Part shown: piece after piece, positions 23,201 to 33,526 of the stretch | How positions within the stretch are numbered: the stretch's first letter is position 1 | How the letters are laid out: each line of letters opens with the position of its first letter | Origin: Sphaeroforma arctica JP610 | Lineage: Eukaryota | Assembly (NCBI RefSeq): GCF_001186125.1 | Contig: NW_014040161.1 | Span: 1 to 33,632, forward strand | DNA: 33,632 nucleotides | Direction of reading: 5' to 3' | Translations under genes and position numbers: made by a program | The notes under the pieces: model-generated | What the model was told of the DNA's origin: nothing | Databases searched by the model: none | Seen by the model: only the letters and a program-made list of their open reading frames with translations

Positions 23201-25866
23201 GGGGAGATAGGCATGCTCATAGACTCCAATAGCTTGTACCTACAATTGTTATCAAGTTATTCGCCTAGTACAGACAAAACACTACACCGCCAACCAGTTA
23301 GTAGAAGATGATATACAGGTGACATGAACCCCATCACAACCAAACACACGCAAATCAACCAGACACATCTGTGTAGTATAGTCTATCATCACCAAACACA
23401 CGCAAATCAACCAGACTCATCTGTGTAGTATAGTCTATCATCACCAAACACACGCAAATCAACCAGACACATCGTGTAATATAGCTCCATCATAATAATG
23501 TTGTTCTGATATGGACAGCGAGAAAACTTCAACAGTTGACGATGCAATCAAAGCAATATTGTGTTCATTCGCTGCAGAAAGCCTGCCCAGTATACAATGT
23601 GCAGCAATACGCTTGCAGCCACTTGCACCCGTTTGTGAATAGCGGACCACAAGTTAGGACCACAAATTAGGACCACCAGGGCACTACTCGCAGCGACGGA
23701 GCACAAGATATGAGAACAAAAAGTCAAGCATACCTTCCGCAGAGCCTCTTTGGCTTCCGGATATTCCGATGTCAACACACCCGACTCAATGTCTGCCAAG
23801 AAATTCTGAGACAGGGAGGACGGGAGAAATAAAAATAAGCATAAGCACAAGCACAAGCACAAGCATAAGCATAAGCATAAGCATAAGCATAAGCATAAGC
23901 ATAAGCATAAGCATAAGCATAAGCATAAGCATAAGCATAAGCATAAGCATAAGCATAAGCATAAGCATAAGCATAAGCATAAGCATAAGCATAAGCATAA
24001 GCATAAGCATAAGCATAAGCACACGCACACGCATAAGCACAAGCACAAGCACACGCATATGCACCTGAGGCCATTGTGGACTAGCCTGACGTAGGCCAAC
24101 AGACGAGTGTTAAAAAGAAAGAAGTCACTCAAGTGCTGCAGCAGATGTGACAACATATCTACACAGCTGCAATGTCCTGTGTCCTGTGTCATGTGTTGTG
24201 TGTTATGGTTTATGTGTCATGTGTTGTGCCTTGTCGCGTGGTGCATTGACTTACCTTGGCCATGGGGTTGCCTACGTTAGATCCATCCCCCTTGGCGTGG
24301 GGTAGTTTGTGGAAGTCGCCTTTGGCGTCGGTGTAGCCCCATGAGCGTTTGGTGGGATGAAACATCAGAGGCTTACCATTCCACAGCAGCCGCAGCAGAT
24401 ACGCAGCCACACGCTGTGTGCATTTGGGTGTGTTACGACACGGTGGCGATGAGAGGTTGAAGTATATGTGTTGCACATACGTATGTGTATTTTAGATATC
24501 TTCTAGGCTATCTATCCCCTTCATCTGTGTAGATATCTAACCCCCTAGGGGCGGGGGGGGGGAGCCCTAGAGACCATAAACAGTGGTCCGGAACTCACCC
24601 TAAAAACACTGACACAAAGGAAGCAATCATCACCACCAACATGCCAATCAGATAAAACAAGACCACCCCCTACACACTAATACACGCTTCACACACGACA
24701 TAGCCTTGGCAACCAACTCCACCAACATGCCAATCAGGGAAAACAAGACCACCCCCCACACACCAATGAACCAAAACACCAACACACGCTTCACACACAA
24801 CATAGCCTTAGCAACCAACACCACAACATACCAACCAGAGAAAACAAGACCATCACCCACACACCAATGAACCCACCCACCAACACACGCTTCACACACG
24901 ACATAGCCTTAGTAACCAACACCACCAACATGCCAATCAGAGAAAACAAGACCATCACCCACACACCAATGAACCCACGCACCAACACACGCTTCACACA
25001 CGACATAGCCTTAGCAACCAACACCACCAACATGCCAACCAGAGAAAACAAGACCATCACCCACACACCAATGAACCCACGCACCAATACACGCTACAAA
25101 CACGACATAGCCTTGATATCATATGCACCACAGGTGAGGAAAAAGAATATAAAACCCTAAACCCATCACACAGCATGCTGAACATACTCCAAAGCACTTA
25201 CAACACACAACGGGATCACTAAGATAGCCCAACCAACTGGACTCTCAAACACTTAAGTACAATACATTCCCAATGAGAGCATCAAGCACACACCGTTACA
25301 AACGCTGGATCAAGCGCACACCCTACTTAGTCACGCTACCAACGCTGGATCAAGCGCACACCTTACTTAGTCACGCTACCAACGCTGGATCAAGCGCACA
25401 CCTCACCTAGTCACGCTACCAACGCTGGATCAAGCGCACACTTCGCTTCATACTCCATATACTAGAAAAGCAAATCAAGCTCACAAATTCAACTAACAAG
25501 TGCAGAAGACTACGCCCCGCCAATAGGACGCACGACAAGCGAGTGATGTGAGGCTATAACAACGCACAAGCATTCACAAGCTACAACCTTAAACCCTAAT
25601 TCATAAGCATTCATAAGCCCCATTTACGTCGCCTGTGCCGTGCATGGATAGTCGCCCTGCATCAGTTTTAAACACACGCATGTGCATGACGAATGATCTC
25701 ATCATTTGGGTGGATAGGCCAGCTGCAAATGACATTCACATGACACCTAACACATGACACATAACACATAATGTGTGCACAGTTGCAGATGCGCCTGTAT
25801 AAAGGTTCCACAGCGTAGTCCTGATTTGCTGTGGCATCGCCTATCATACTCGTGCGGGTGGTGTGA

Positions 25867-25901
<35 letters not shown>

Positions 25902-27423
25902 TATATATATATATATGTGTGTGCGCGTGTGCGTGTGCGTGTCTGTGTGTGGCGTGTGACTTACTGTGCGTGTGGTGATGACAGGTTCTGCTGAGCCGGG
26001 TGTCTTGCATAGATCTCTGAACCACTGTGGACGGTGCTGCAGAGTCTTTCGCCGCAGCGTGCCTTTGGGCAGACTCCAGTCCAAGTGTTTGACATGCTCG
26101 TCGTCAGTGGGCGGGTTCTCCTGACACGACACGGACAGCGCAGAGATGGGCGTAAGGTCAACAAACAACTGCACACCCCAAACATGTGCGCAGAGGTGAT
26201 AGGTGACATGTAACAGACACGGCACATGCAGCAAAGCATGAGTACTTTTAAACACAGCACATACAGCAAAGTATGAGTACTTTTAAACACAGCACATACA
26301 GCAAAGTCTGGGTACTTTTAAACACAGCACATACAGCAAAGTCTGGGTACTTTTAAACACAGCACATACAGCAAAGTCTGGGTACTTTTAAACACAGCAC
26401 ATACAGCAAAGTCTGGGTACTTTTAAACACAGCACATACAGCAAAGTCTGGGTACTTTTAATCACAGCACATACAGCAAAGTCTGGGTACTTTTAATCAC
26501 AGCACATACAGCAAAGTCTGGGTACTTTTAATCACAGCACATACAGCAAAGTCTGGATACTTTTCCAGCAGCAGATAGGCTAGTTTGATCAGATTCTCAT
26601 TGACCTCGTCCATTCGCTTCTTCATCTGTTGATCTGCCATTCCCACAAAACCATACCTGTGCGTGTGAATACCACCAGCATTAAAACACACCGTGCATAA
26701 GACTACCCCCACGAACAACACTCTACCACCGCTTCATCATGCATACTCGTGAACTATTAAAACACATCATGCATAAGATTACCTCCACTAACAACACTCT
26801 CTACCACCGCTTCATCATTGGAGCATACTCGTGAACTATTAAAACACACCATGATAAGATTACCCCACTAACAACACTCTCTACCACCGCTTCATCATAA
26901 CAGCATACTCGGAACTATTAAAACACATCATGCATAAGATTACCTCCACTAACAACACTCTCTACCACCGCTTCATCATTGGAGCATACTCGTGAACTAT
27001 TAAAACACACCATGATAAGATTACCCCACTAACAACACTCTCTACCACCGCTTTATCATTAGAGCATACTCGTGAACTATTAAAACACACCATGCACGAG
27101 ACTACCCCTGCTGGAAACACTCTCTACCATCGCTTCATCATTAGAGTTTACTCGTGAACTGCGCTATATAGCCACTATACATCAGTCATGACTATTCGTA
27201 ACGAATCATAGCCTACACAATTGAGTCAGTAAATATGTGCGTGATTCATTAAACTCATTTGAGTTTTAAAATCTGCGACTGAGAAGTAATTACTTTACAC
27301 ATGCCGATAAAAATGCAGGAGAAATGCATTCAATTCGGATGTAAATCTAGTTGACTAGCAGTATATATATATATATATAAATATATATATACATATATCA
27401 TACATACATGCATACATACATAC

Positions 27424-27478
<55 letters not shown>

Positions 27479-30400
27479 CCTACGCATATGCCTGAAATTT
27501 TTGAAACTGTGGAATGAACATTTGATTCACGAAAACTAGCACAAAATTGATAATTCATGCACACTGTCTTCATGATAACCCACAATCAAAGTAAAATATA
27601 CTGACGGTTTGGTGCAGCATCCGTCTAAACATCGTCTGCCCTGTCTTTTTCGAACACGCTTTATAAAGATAGACCACGTACCAATTGTCTGAGAGGGGTA
27701 GATAGCATATAACCATAGACCACGTATCAATTGTCTGAGAGGGGTAGATAGTATATAACCATAAACAACGTACCAATTGTCTGAGAGGGGTAGATAGCAT
27801 ATAACCATAGACCACGTACCAATTGTCTGAGAGGGGTAGATAGCATATAACAATAGACCATGTACCAATTGTCTGAGAGGGGTAGATAGCATATAACCAT
27901 AGACCACGTACCAATTGTCTGAGAGGGGTAGATAGCATATAACCATAGACCACGTACCAATTGTCTGAGAGGGGTAGATAGCATATAACCATAGACCACG
28001 TACCAATTGTCTGAGACGGGTAGATAGGTAGATCCCATCTCCAGCATGCCGGCAAAGGTGACCGTACCAATGGTGGGCAGCCAATTGCGCGCAATGACGC
28101 TGTACACATCAAAGGTCGCCTGCACGTCACACGCACAGTACGTCAACAGACTCTGCACATCCCTCTGTACCTCGTCAAGTGTTCCCGTGGTGAAGACGTC
28201 ACGCGCTGATTTATCCAAGGGCTTCTCCATGTACAGTTTGTATCTGTCAATGTGTGTACAGTCTATGATTGAATAAGTGTGTGTACAGTCTACGATTGGA
28301 TAAGTGTGTGTACAGTCTACGATTGAATACAAGCGAAAAATCACCAAGACAACCTGACCTCACCGACACGACGGGATCACAAAGAACAGTGTAGGACCCA
28401 ACACTAACATTAAACCCTAAACTCAGTTAACGTTGAACCTTAAACTCACAAGACCTGACCCAAATTTTTGGTCCAAATGCGAGTGGTATCGACAAGACAA
28501 GTGAGCGAGTGGCCAGCAGAAGACCACAGAAGTACATGAGATCACACAAGCCCTATCCCTTGAAACATATATGTACAAAATAAGGCAAAGTCTACGGCAT
28601 GGAACAAAACCAAATGTAAAGACGTGCACACGCTTTCTATACATTTAAAGTGACTGTATAGCTGTTCTATACATTTAATGTGACTGTACAGCTGCCTTAT
28701 ACTGTTTATGTGACTAGTGTTTGTTTTTTTGTGTGTATTGCGTTATGTGCCTCGTGTAGTAATGATAAACCACCCTCGTTCTGGATTCGCTTAGTAAAGC
28801 GTTAAACTCGTCTGAGCTCATTTACACAATTAAAACTAAACACGCGCATAGGCAGAGAACTCATCATTAGACACCAATGCAAAGCACAAATAGCCCATCC
28901 ACACACACGATCACCCACACACACGACCACCTCCCTGGCCGTCTTAGTACATGTAAACCCTAAAACGCAAGTGCAGAAGGTGTAGACCCTAAAAACCCTA
29001 AACCTAAACTCTTGGTGCGTTGTGCGTGGACATACACTTCGCCTAGGCCATTGGTGGAGGTCTCGCGTGTCCAGATGTTCTTGCGTGAATCGGGTGTCTT
29101 CTGCATGCCATGCCACACTTGGCGCTGTATGCATCAGAATAAAAACACCACATGCAAACTTAAAACCCTAAAAACCTAATAGATAAAATACTACAACCTT
29201 GCCCGCTCAGTATTAATAGACCATTCGTAAACGGGTTGATTGCTCAATTCTACACTTGGTAAACCAGACTCCTAAGGCCCGCTATAGCTAGTTGTGTTGG
29301 TTTAGAGCTCGCAAGCACAATGTAGCCGATGTCTATACGTTTCAGACATATCAGGGATGACGAGAGGGGGTAAGATCGGGGCGTCCGATACCAAGCGAGC
29401 TACATAGTGGATCACCCGCAACACCCGTCCACAGATAAGCACGACTGTGGGCTTGGCGCGTGGGGTGCCAGTGAACTACCGGGTGTAGGTAGTACAATGT
29501 GAGACATAAGTGCAATGTACGAAGTAGCGCACGGATGGAACTAACAACAGGTCACTGGGGCATTGCCTTGTGGTGTAGTGACTGTTGGGTGTAGGTAGTA
29601 CAATGATGGAACTAACAACAGGCCACTGGGTCATTGCTTTGTGGTGTAGTTTCACTACGAAGTTCGTTGTAAAGCCCGTTCGTAGATGTGGAGACCAGTA
29701 CATAGCTACAGAGTTACACTAAGAAGACACATAGAGCGCATCGCGATACGCTGTGACAGTACTCTGTGGACACTTGCGACATCCTCACATTGTGCCATGC
29801 TCACACCAGACTGACAGTTGTGTGTGTGTGTTGATGCTTCAACAGGAGATTCAGATGCGTTTGGAACATGATCAGCCACACTCAATATAAATGTATGCAC
29901 CAGCACAGGACAACCCCACAGACCCCTACCATCAACCCACAGACATCAAGCAACAACACACAGACATCAAGCATGGAAAACTCTGATGAAGTACAGCTCA
30001 GTACTCGATTTAAAATCTCAACAAGCTTTGGAGTCACTTCGCTTCAACAAACTCAAAGACAGACTGTAGGCTGAGAACTGGTGGCGAGCCACACGCAGCA
30101 CACAAAAGATCTAGCCACACACAGACAACCGCGTCTCAGATAGGACCACCCATGAGGGCTGCAGATGTTGAGTTGGATTGCGTTGAGTTGGGTTGGATTG
30201 CGTTGTGCTGTGTTGTGTTATGTTGTGTTGTGTTGTGTTGTGTGGTTCAATTGTACAGAATGGGTCAGTTGAACGTACCTGGCCACTGCTCATTCCGTTG
30301 TAGCACATGTGCATGGACAGTGTGTCAAGGAACCGAGTGTTGGTGCCCTGCAGATGATACTCCTGCGCAAGTCACATAAGAGACGACAGATGAGTTAAGC

Positions 30401-32601
30401 AGAAACACATGTCTACAACTGAGAAGGCGAAACAAAACCCTAAAACACAACAAGCAATTGCCACGGAAATGAGGATGATATCAAGTACACTAGTTTAGTC
30501 TTATCATATCCACTACACAGAACATGTAAACACATCAACAAGGCAAGACGTGATTCATACAGAAAGAAAGAAGACACCCGCCAACGATCAGTAGTCGATT
30601 GTCTGCTACAACTATAAGAGATGCTTTAAACGATGCAAAGTATCAAAAGACCTAAGCTGTCAGTCAACCAAATGCACACGTCAATGACTATCCACGATAC
30701 AATGAGACCTCTGCAACAGTCCAGAGGCAAAAGCGCAACTACACTTGATGCCTGCCTTCGAACAGTAGCACACACTACTGGAAATACCTGGCACACAAAG
30801 AGAGAGGTGTACAGTTCGGTACATGCGCACACATCCAAGTGACACCGTTCCAATACCCGCAATAACACCAGTTTAACATTCGCTTGCACAGGAAAAACCT
30901 GCAATGTTTTTCGCATCCATATCACACACGACTACTAGCGATTGATGGTGAGACATGTTACCAGCTACACCACCTACGGACAAATAAGACACAGGCGAAG
31001 CTTTTGAGAGAGCGCCAGACGGAACATCCACACAGCGCAGCACATGGGACACACCTCGGCAATCTTACTGCGATCAAAGCTGACGTTGTGGCCCACTATC
31101 AACCGCTTACCACTCACAGGGCCACCCGCAGCCTCAGACACTGCAAAGAGAATCAGCTCATTGGCTGGCGCATCAGGCACACCCACCAGCCGTTGACTAC
31201 ACCATGAATACCTGCAAGGATGAACCATAGACAATCACATTGCACTGAATAAACGTATGCTCAATCATACAAGGATGAACCATAGACAATCACATTGCAC
31301 TAAATAAACGTATGCTCAATCATGCAAGGATGAACCAAGGACAATCACATTGCACTGAATAAACGTATGCTCAAGCATGCAAGGATGAACCATGGACAAA
31401 CTCATTGCACTAAATAAACGTATGCTCAAGCATGCAAGGATGAACCATGGACAAACACATTGCACTAAATAAACGTATGCTCAATCATACAAGGATGAAC
31501 CATAGACAATCATATTGCACTGAATAAATGTATGCCCGAGATATTTCCGATCCGCTCATCTTATCTTCAAAAACTGCCAATCAAATAACCGGTGACAACT
31601 ATCTACAACGCACCAAACATACGCCCACCCAACCAAACCATAACGCATTGTCAAAGCACGTACACCATACCATGCGTCAGTGGACGCTGCCACAGCCATT
31701 GTGGGGAAGTGATAGGTGCCATGCTCATCAATGAGTGTCTCGACATCAAACACTGTCACAGCCTCCAGCGGAGCAACAACCGGCACACCCTAACAATCGC
31801 ATGGACAATGGAAGACTGTGAGCGTACGCCAACGCTAACAAGGGACAATGCGGTAGACTCTCTCAACGACACTATAGAGCCAGGGACAGATTAGCATTTG
31901 CACATGATCCTTTGCACAGTAGTCAGTTTGCGAGGAAAGTAACCTGAGGCGAGTTGATTCAACCCTAAAACACTGACAGCGCGAACGTCAACGATTAAAA
32001 CCCTAAGAACCTAAACCCCTAACGATAAGCGGTCAATGTGCACCACAAACATGGCATGATACATATTTTTGTTTTTCTCCGAAGCCATGCTACAAGAGGA
32101 ATGTGTACACAACGCAGCAGTACCTAAAAGAAATACAACCGATAGCACAAGAAACCCAAATGTTGAAACAGTGGTAGTCTTTGGCAGGCCAATATCCTGT
32201 TCACCATTGATGCGAAATTAACACGGAAATAGGACAGCCCGTGATATAATGCAGTAACGTTCTGCGCTTAGTTGTCTACTATCAGCCGTGATCCGAGCAT
32301 AGCTATTATTGAGATTTACGCTGTATTATTCTTAAGACAAAGGCTGAGTGTGGTGCGAAAGCATCTAATTGGTTGGCATATGTGCTGCACATGGAGAAGG
32401 ACCTAAGCACAATCCAGGTTCAATAGGCCCATGTGTGTAGACAAAGGGTCTACATTTCAACACACGCACGTCCCACCACCCATCCCTTCACAAAATACGC
32501 GGTGACGGGTGGTGAAGATTTGTTGCAAATATTCGGACTGCAATGAATATNNNNNNNNNNNNNNNNNNNNTATATATTTAGATATATAGAGATATATAGA
32601 A

Positions 32602-32644
<43 letters not shown>

Positions 32645-33485
32645 TGTATGTATCTGGCTGAGGTTATTTGTGTATTCACATACCTGCGGATCATCCACTG
32701 TATAGCGAGTCCAGCCACTTTGTACACGCCAGATGGGGGGCTTTGGGGGCAAAGTGGCGTTCATCAGTTCCAGAGCCCAATCCCAGTACGGACTCTACGC
32801 AAAGGCCAACAAAGAATACCGTGGTGAAAAATCAGGGCATTTGCGCATGCAATAGAAAGATAGACTTAGAGAAACAGACATCACAATACAAGGATGTGAG
32901 TACAACACGCGCAGACACAACGTCCAACAACCAACGTAAACCCTGACTCTAACCCTAAAACCAATAAACTTCAAAGACACCCCAACCAGCTATGCCAGCA
33001 ATCTCAAGCACATGAAATGGGTACCTCGATGGACCTTTAATCTTCAAACCCCCCCCCCCCGGCTACTTATCAGCGCACCCTAGGTGTATGAATAGCTATC
33101 AGCACGACGATTTAAAGTTTAAGGTTTACCCTAAAACCCTAAAATCCAAAACCACTGCGATCATCTAACAACACAATACATGTCCAATTCAATATGACAC
33201 CTAAAACCATCGGTCGAACGATATAAACGTTGATACACGAGAATCCATGGGCGAAGTTGCTATAAGTGACTGTATATAGCCCAGCTTATGAAACTGCAGA
33301 TAGCAGCCCCATCCATCACGCACGAATTGAAGCGGAGAACCGTAAAATCAACTAATAGGACTACACCCAGAGATCTCCAACACATACCGCCACAGCACTG
33401 CCGATCGTTTCGTAGTGTTTCTCAATGTCACTGCCCTCCAGCGGAATCTGACTCAGCTTCTCCACTAACGCGACCTTCTCCTCCT
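14079..33485 (-). CDS. POLG: Mitochondrial DNA polymerase gamma catalytic subunit (family A), spliced gene; 21 exons in window, 5' end upstream of window
   Basis: Hand-joined GT-AG exons keep one frame (about 877 codons). Motifs: ExoI FDVE, Exo[10 protein letters not shown], Exo[26 protein letters not shown], Pol [14 protein letters not shown], Pol [34 protein letters not shown], Pol [11 protein letters not shown]-terminal [15 protein letters not shown]. All are recognisable from human POLG/yeast Mip1. Confidence 0.97.
14692..15765. repeat. 23-bp minisatellite (about 46 copies) copying the POLG VLRKE|gtgtgt junction
   Basis: Unit agacagacacacctcttttctta. Confidence 0.97.
15749..15862 (-). 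CDS. POLG: POLG exon ([38 protein letters not shown])
   Basis: NL..R.MF...LG..DLP..VAFF..VD.D..LRKE; tacag| and |gtgtgt. Confidence 0.95.
16331..16409 (-). CDS. POLG: POLG exon with Pol motif C ([26 protein letters not shown])
   Basis: ISIHDEVRY; tgtag| and |gtcagt. Confidence 0.96.
16802..16958 (-). CDS. POLG: POLG exon (GVDMSKVL...[37 protein letters not shown])
   Basis: [17 protein letters not shown]; cacag| and AG|gtgggt. Confidence 0.96.
17036..17176. repeat. Degenerate tandem repeat of about 38 bp
   Basis: tcacacactcaccacactctaataacatgata, about 3.5 copies. Confidence 0.8.
17489..18514. repeat. 37-bp intronic minisatellite (about 27 copies)
   Basis: caatatcaaggctaaaccatgacaatctcatcagaga, head-to-tail with no spacers. 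Confidence 0.97.
18760..18892 (-). CDS. POLG: POLG exon ([44 protein letters not shown])
   Basis: W..GTES.MFN.LE.IA....P.TPVLG; alternative in-frame acceptor at 18961. Confidence 0.9.
19161..19265 (-). CDS. POLG: POLG exon ([35 protein letters not shown])
   Basis: Completes the conserved TK|G; aatag| and |gtaagg; symmetric phase 0; variable fingers region. Confidence 0.8.
19657..19874. repeat. 31-bp minisatellite (about 7 copies)
   Basis: cttcatataagaggttgattcttagtaaaac. Confidence 0.95.
20018..20146 (-). CDS. POLG: POLG exon ([43 protein letters not shown])
   Basis: NYGRIYGAG of motif B; cgcag| and |gtgtgt. Confidence 0.96.
20655..20745 (-). CDS. POLG: POLG exon ([30 protein letters not shown])
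   Basis: G.K..GTD.HS.TA and motif B R..AK; aacag| and |gtacca. Confidence 0.94.
21099..21300. repeat. 25-bp tandem repeat
   Basis: cacgaaacatccaatagaccacact. Confidence 0.85.
21497..21662 (-). CDS. POLG: POLG exon with Pol motif A ([17 protein letters not shown]...[30 protein letters not shown])
   Basis: Catalytic Asp in ADVDSQE; atcag| and GG|gtaagc. Confidence 0.97.
21940..22410. repeat. Variable-unit minisatellite containing ATGAGTCAT
   Basis: tatgagtcatgcatgtgtctgtgttgtgtgt variants next to the donor at 22421. Confidence 0.92.
22422..22575 (-). CDS. POLG: POLG exon ([19 protein letters not shown]...[22 protein letters not shown])
   Basis: SYW.SA..R and [13 protein letters not shown]; this frame is missing from the ORF track; tgtag| and G|gtacgc. 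Confidence 0.95.
23338..23478. repeat. 52-bp tandem repeat (about 2.7 copies)
   Basis: caaacacacgcaaatcaaccagacacatctgtgtagtatagtctatcatcac. Confidence 0.9.
23734..23805 (-). CDS. POLG: POLG exon ([24 protein letters not shown])
   Basis: FL...E.G.L motif; ctcag| and |gtatgc. Confidence 0.9.
23835..24058. repeat. (AAGCAT)n / (AAGCAC)n hexanucleotide microsatellite
   Basis: Long near-perfect run; source of the CL, AY, SI and ML dipeptide ORFs. Confidence 0.98.
24255..24413 (-). CDS. POLG: POLG exon ([16 protein letters not shown]...[29 protein letters not shown])
   Basis: L.W.G.PL, WGY and KLPH..G...NVG.P.AK; cacag| and |gtaagt. Confidence 0.95.
24630..25113. repeat. Minisatellite of about 102 bp (about 4.7 copies)
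   Basis: caccaccaacatgccaatcagagaaaacaagaccatcacccacacaccaatgaacc...catagcctt. Confidence 0.93.
25301..25441. repeat. 40-bp tandem repeat (3.5 copies)
   Basis: aacgctggatcaagcgcacaccttacttagtcacgctacc. Confidence 0.93.
25965..26120 (-). CDS. POLG: POLG exon ([18 protein letters not shown]...[10 protein letters not shown]...ITTRT)
   Basis: LDW and P.WFR.LC motifs; gtcag| and |gtaagt. Confidence 0.9.
26228..26564. repeat. 35-bp minisatellite (about 9.5 copies) copying the POLG KYPDFA|gtatgt junction
   Basis: aaacacagcacatacagcaaagtctgggtactttt. Confidence 0.96.
26545..26656 (-). CDS. POLG: POLG exon ([37 protein letters not shown])
   Basis: Helical thumb-region segment; cacag|G completes Trp; |gtatgt donor. 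Confidence 0.85.
26680..27160. repeat. Minisatellite of about 80 bp (about 6 copies)
   Basis: ctctaccaccgcttcatcattggagcatactcgtgaactattaaaacacac. Confidence 0.92.
27360..27478. repeat. Compound (AT)n/(GT)n microsatellite
   Basis: Direct reading. Confidence 0.95.
27670..28027. repeat. 46-bp minisatellite (about 7.7 copies) copying the [12 protein letters not shown]|gtacgt junction
   Basis: gaccacgtaccaattgtctgagaggggtagatagcatataaccata. Confidence 0.97.
28004..28243 (-). CDS. POLG: POLG exon with ExoIII ([11 protein letters not shown]...[15 protein letters not shown]...[19 protein letters not shown])
   Basis: YCA.DV.AT and AGMLEMG..YLPV..NW; gacag| and TG|gtacgt. Confidence 0.95.
28251..28330. 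repeat. 27-bp tandem repeat (3 copies) next to an acceptor
   Basis: tgtgtgtacagtctacgattgaataag. Confidence 0.9.
29036..29100 (-). CDS. POLG: POLG exon ([22 protein letters not shown])
   Basis: W...S.N.L.EV matches WLDISSVNSLAEV; phase-2 end GT|gtatgt fits the next exon. Confidence 0.85.
30279..30362 (-). CDS. POLG: POLG exon ([28 protein letters not shown])
   Basis: RFLDT.SMH motif; cgcag| and |gtacgt. Confidence 0.94.
31055..31211 (-). CDS. POLG: POLG exon with ExoII (YSWCSQRLV...[17 protein letters not shown])
   Basis: YSWCSQRLV and VGHNVSFDR; tgcag| and |gtgtgt. Confidence 0.95.
31213..31536. repeat. 55-bp minisatellite (about 5.8 copies) abutting a POLG acceptor
   Basis: tgcaaggatgaaccatagacaatcacattgcactgaataaacgtatgctcaatca. 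Confidence 0.95.
31671..31789 (-). CDS. POLG: POLG exon with ExoI ([40 protein letters not shown])
   Basis: FDVE and PT.AVA.S..AW; gttag| and TG|gtatgg. Confidence 0.95.
32551..32641. repeat. Assembly gap (20 N) plus (AT)n microsatellite
   Basis: N run 32551-32570 followed by (TA)n. Confidence 0.97.
32684..32794 (-). CDS. POLG: POLG exon ([37 protein letters not shown])
   Basis: LPPKPP.W....GWTRY motif; cgtag| and |gtatgt. Confidence 0.93.
33388..33485 (-). CDS. POLG: POLG exon ([32 protein letters not shown])
   Basis: tgcag| acceptor, |gtatgt donor; resembles POLG LPPLYGDNLDQHF; ends phase 0 to fit the next exon. Confidence 0.85.
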
Positions 33486-33526
33486 CTGCATGACATGCAA
33501 CAACAACAAGTTATTAGTCTCTCCAG

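Noticed and set aside
23769..24074. Dipeptide-repeat ORFs (SI, AY, ML, CL)
   Set aside because: Products of the (AAGCAT)n microsatellite within a POLG intron.
27536..28136. Two additional 182-188 aa minus-strand ORFs overlapping the POLG exon
   Set aside because: Alternative frames kept open by the stop-free 46-bp repeat.
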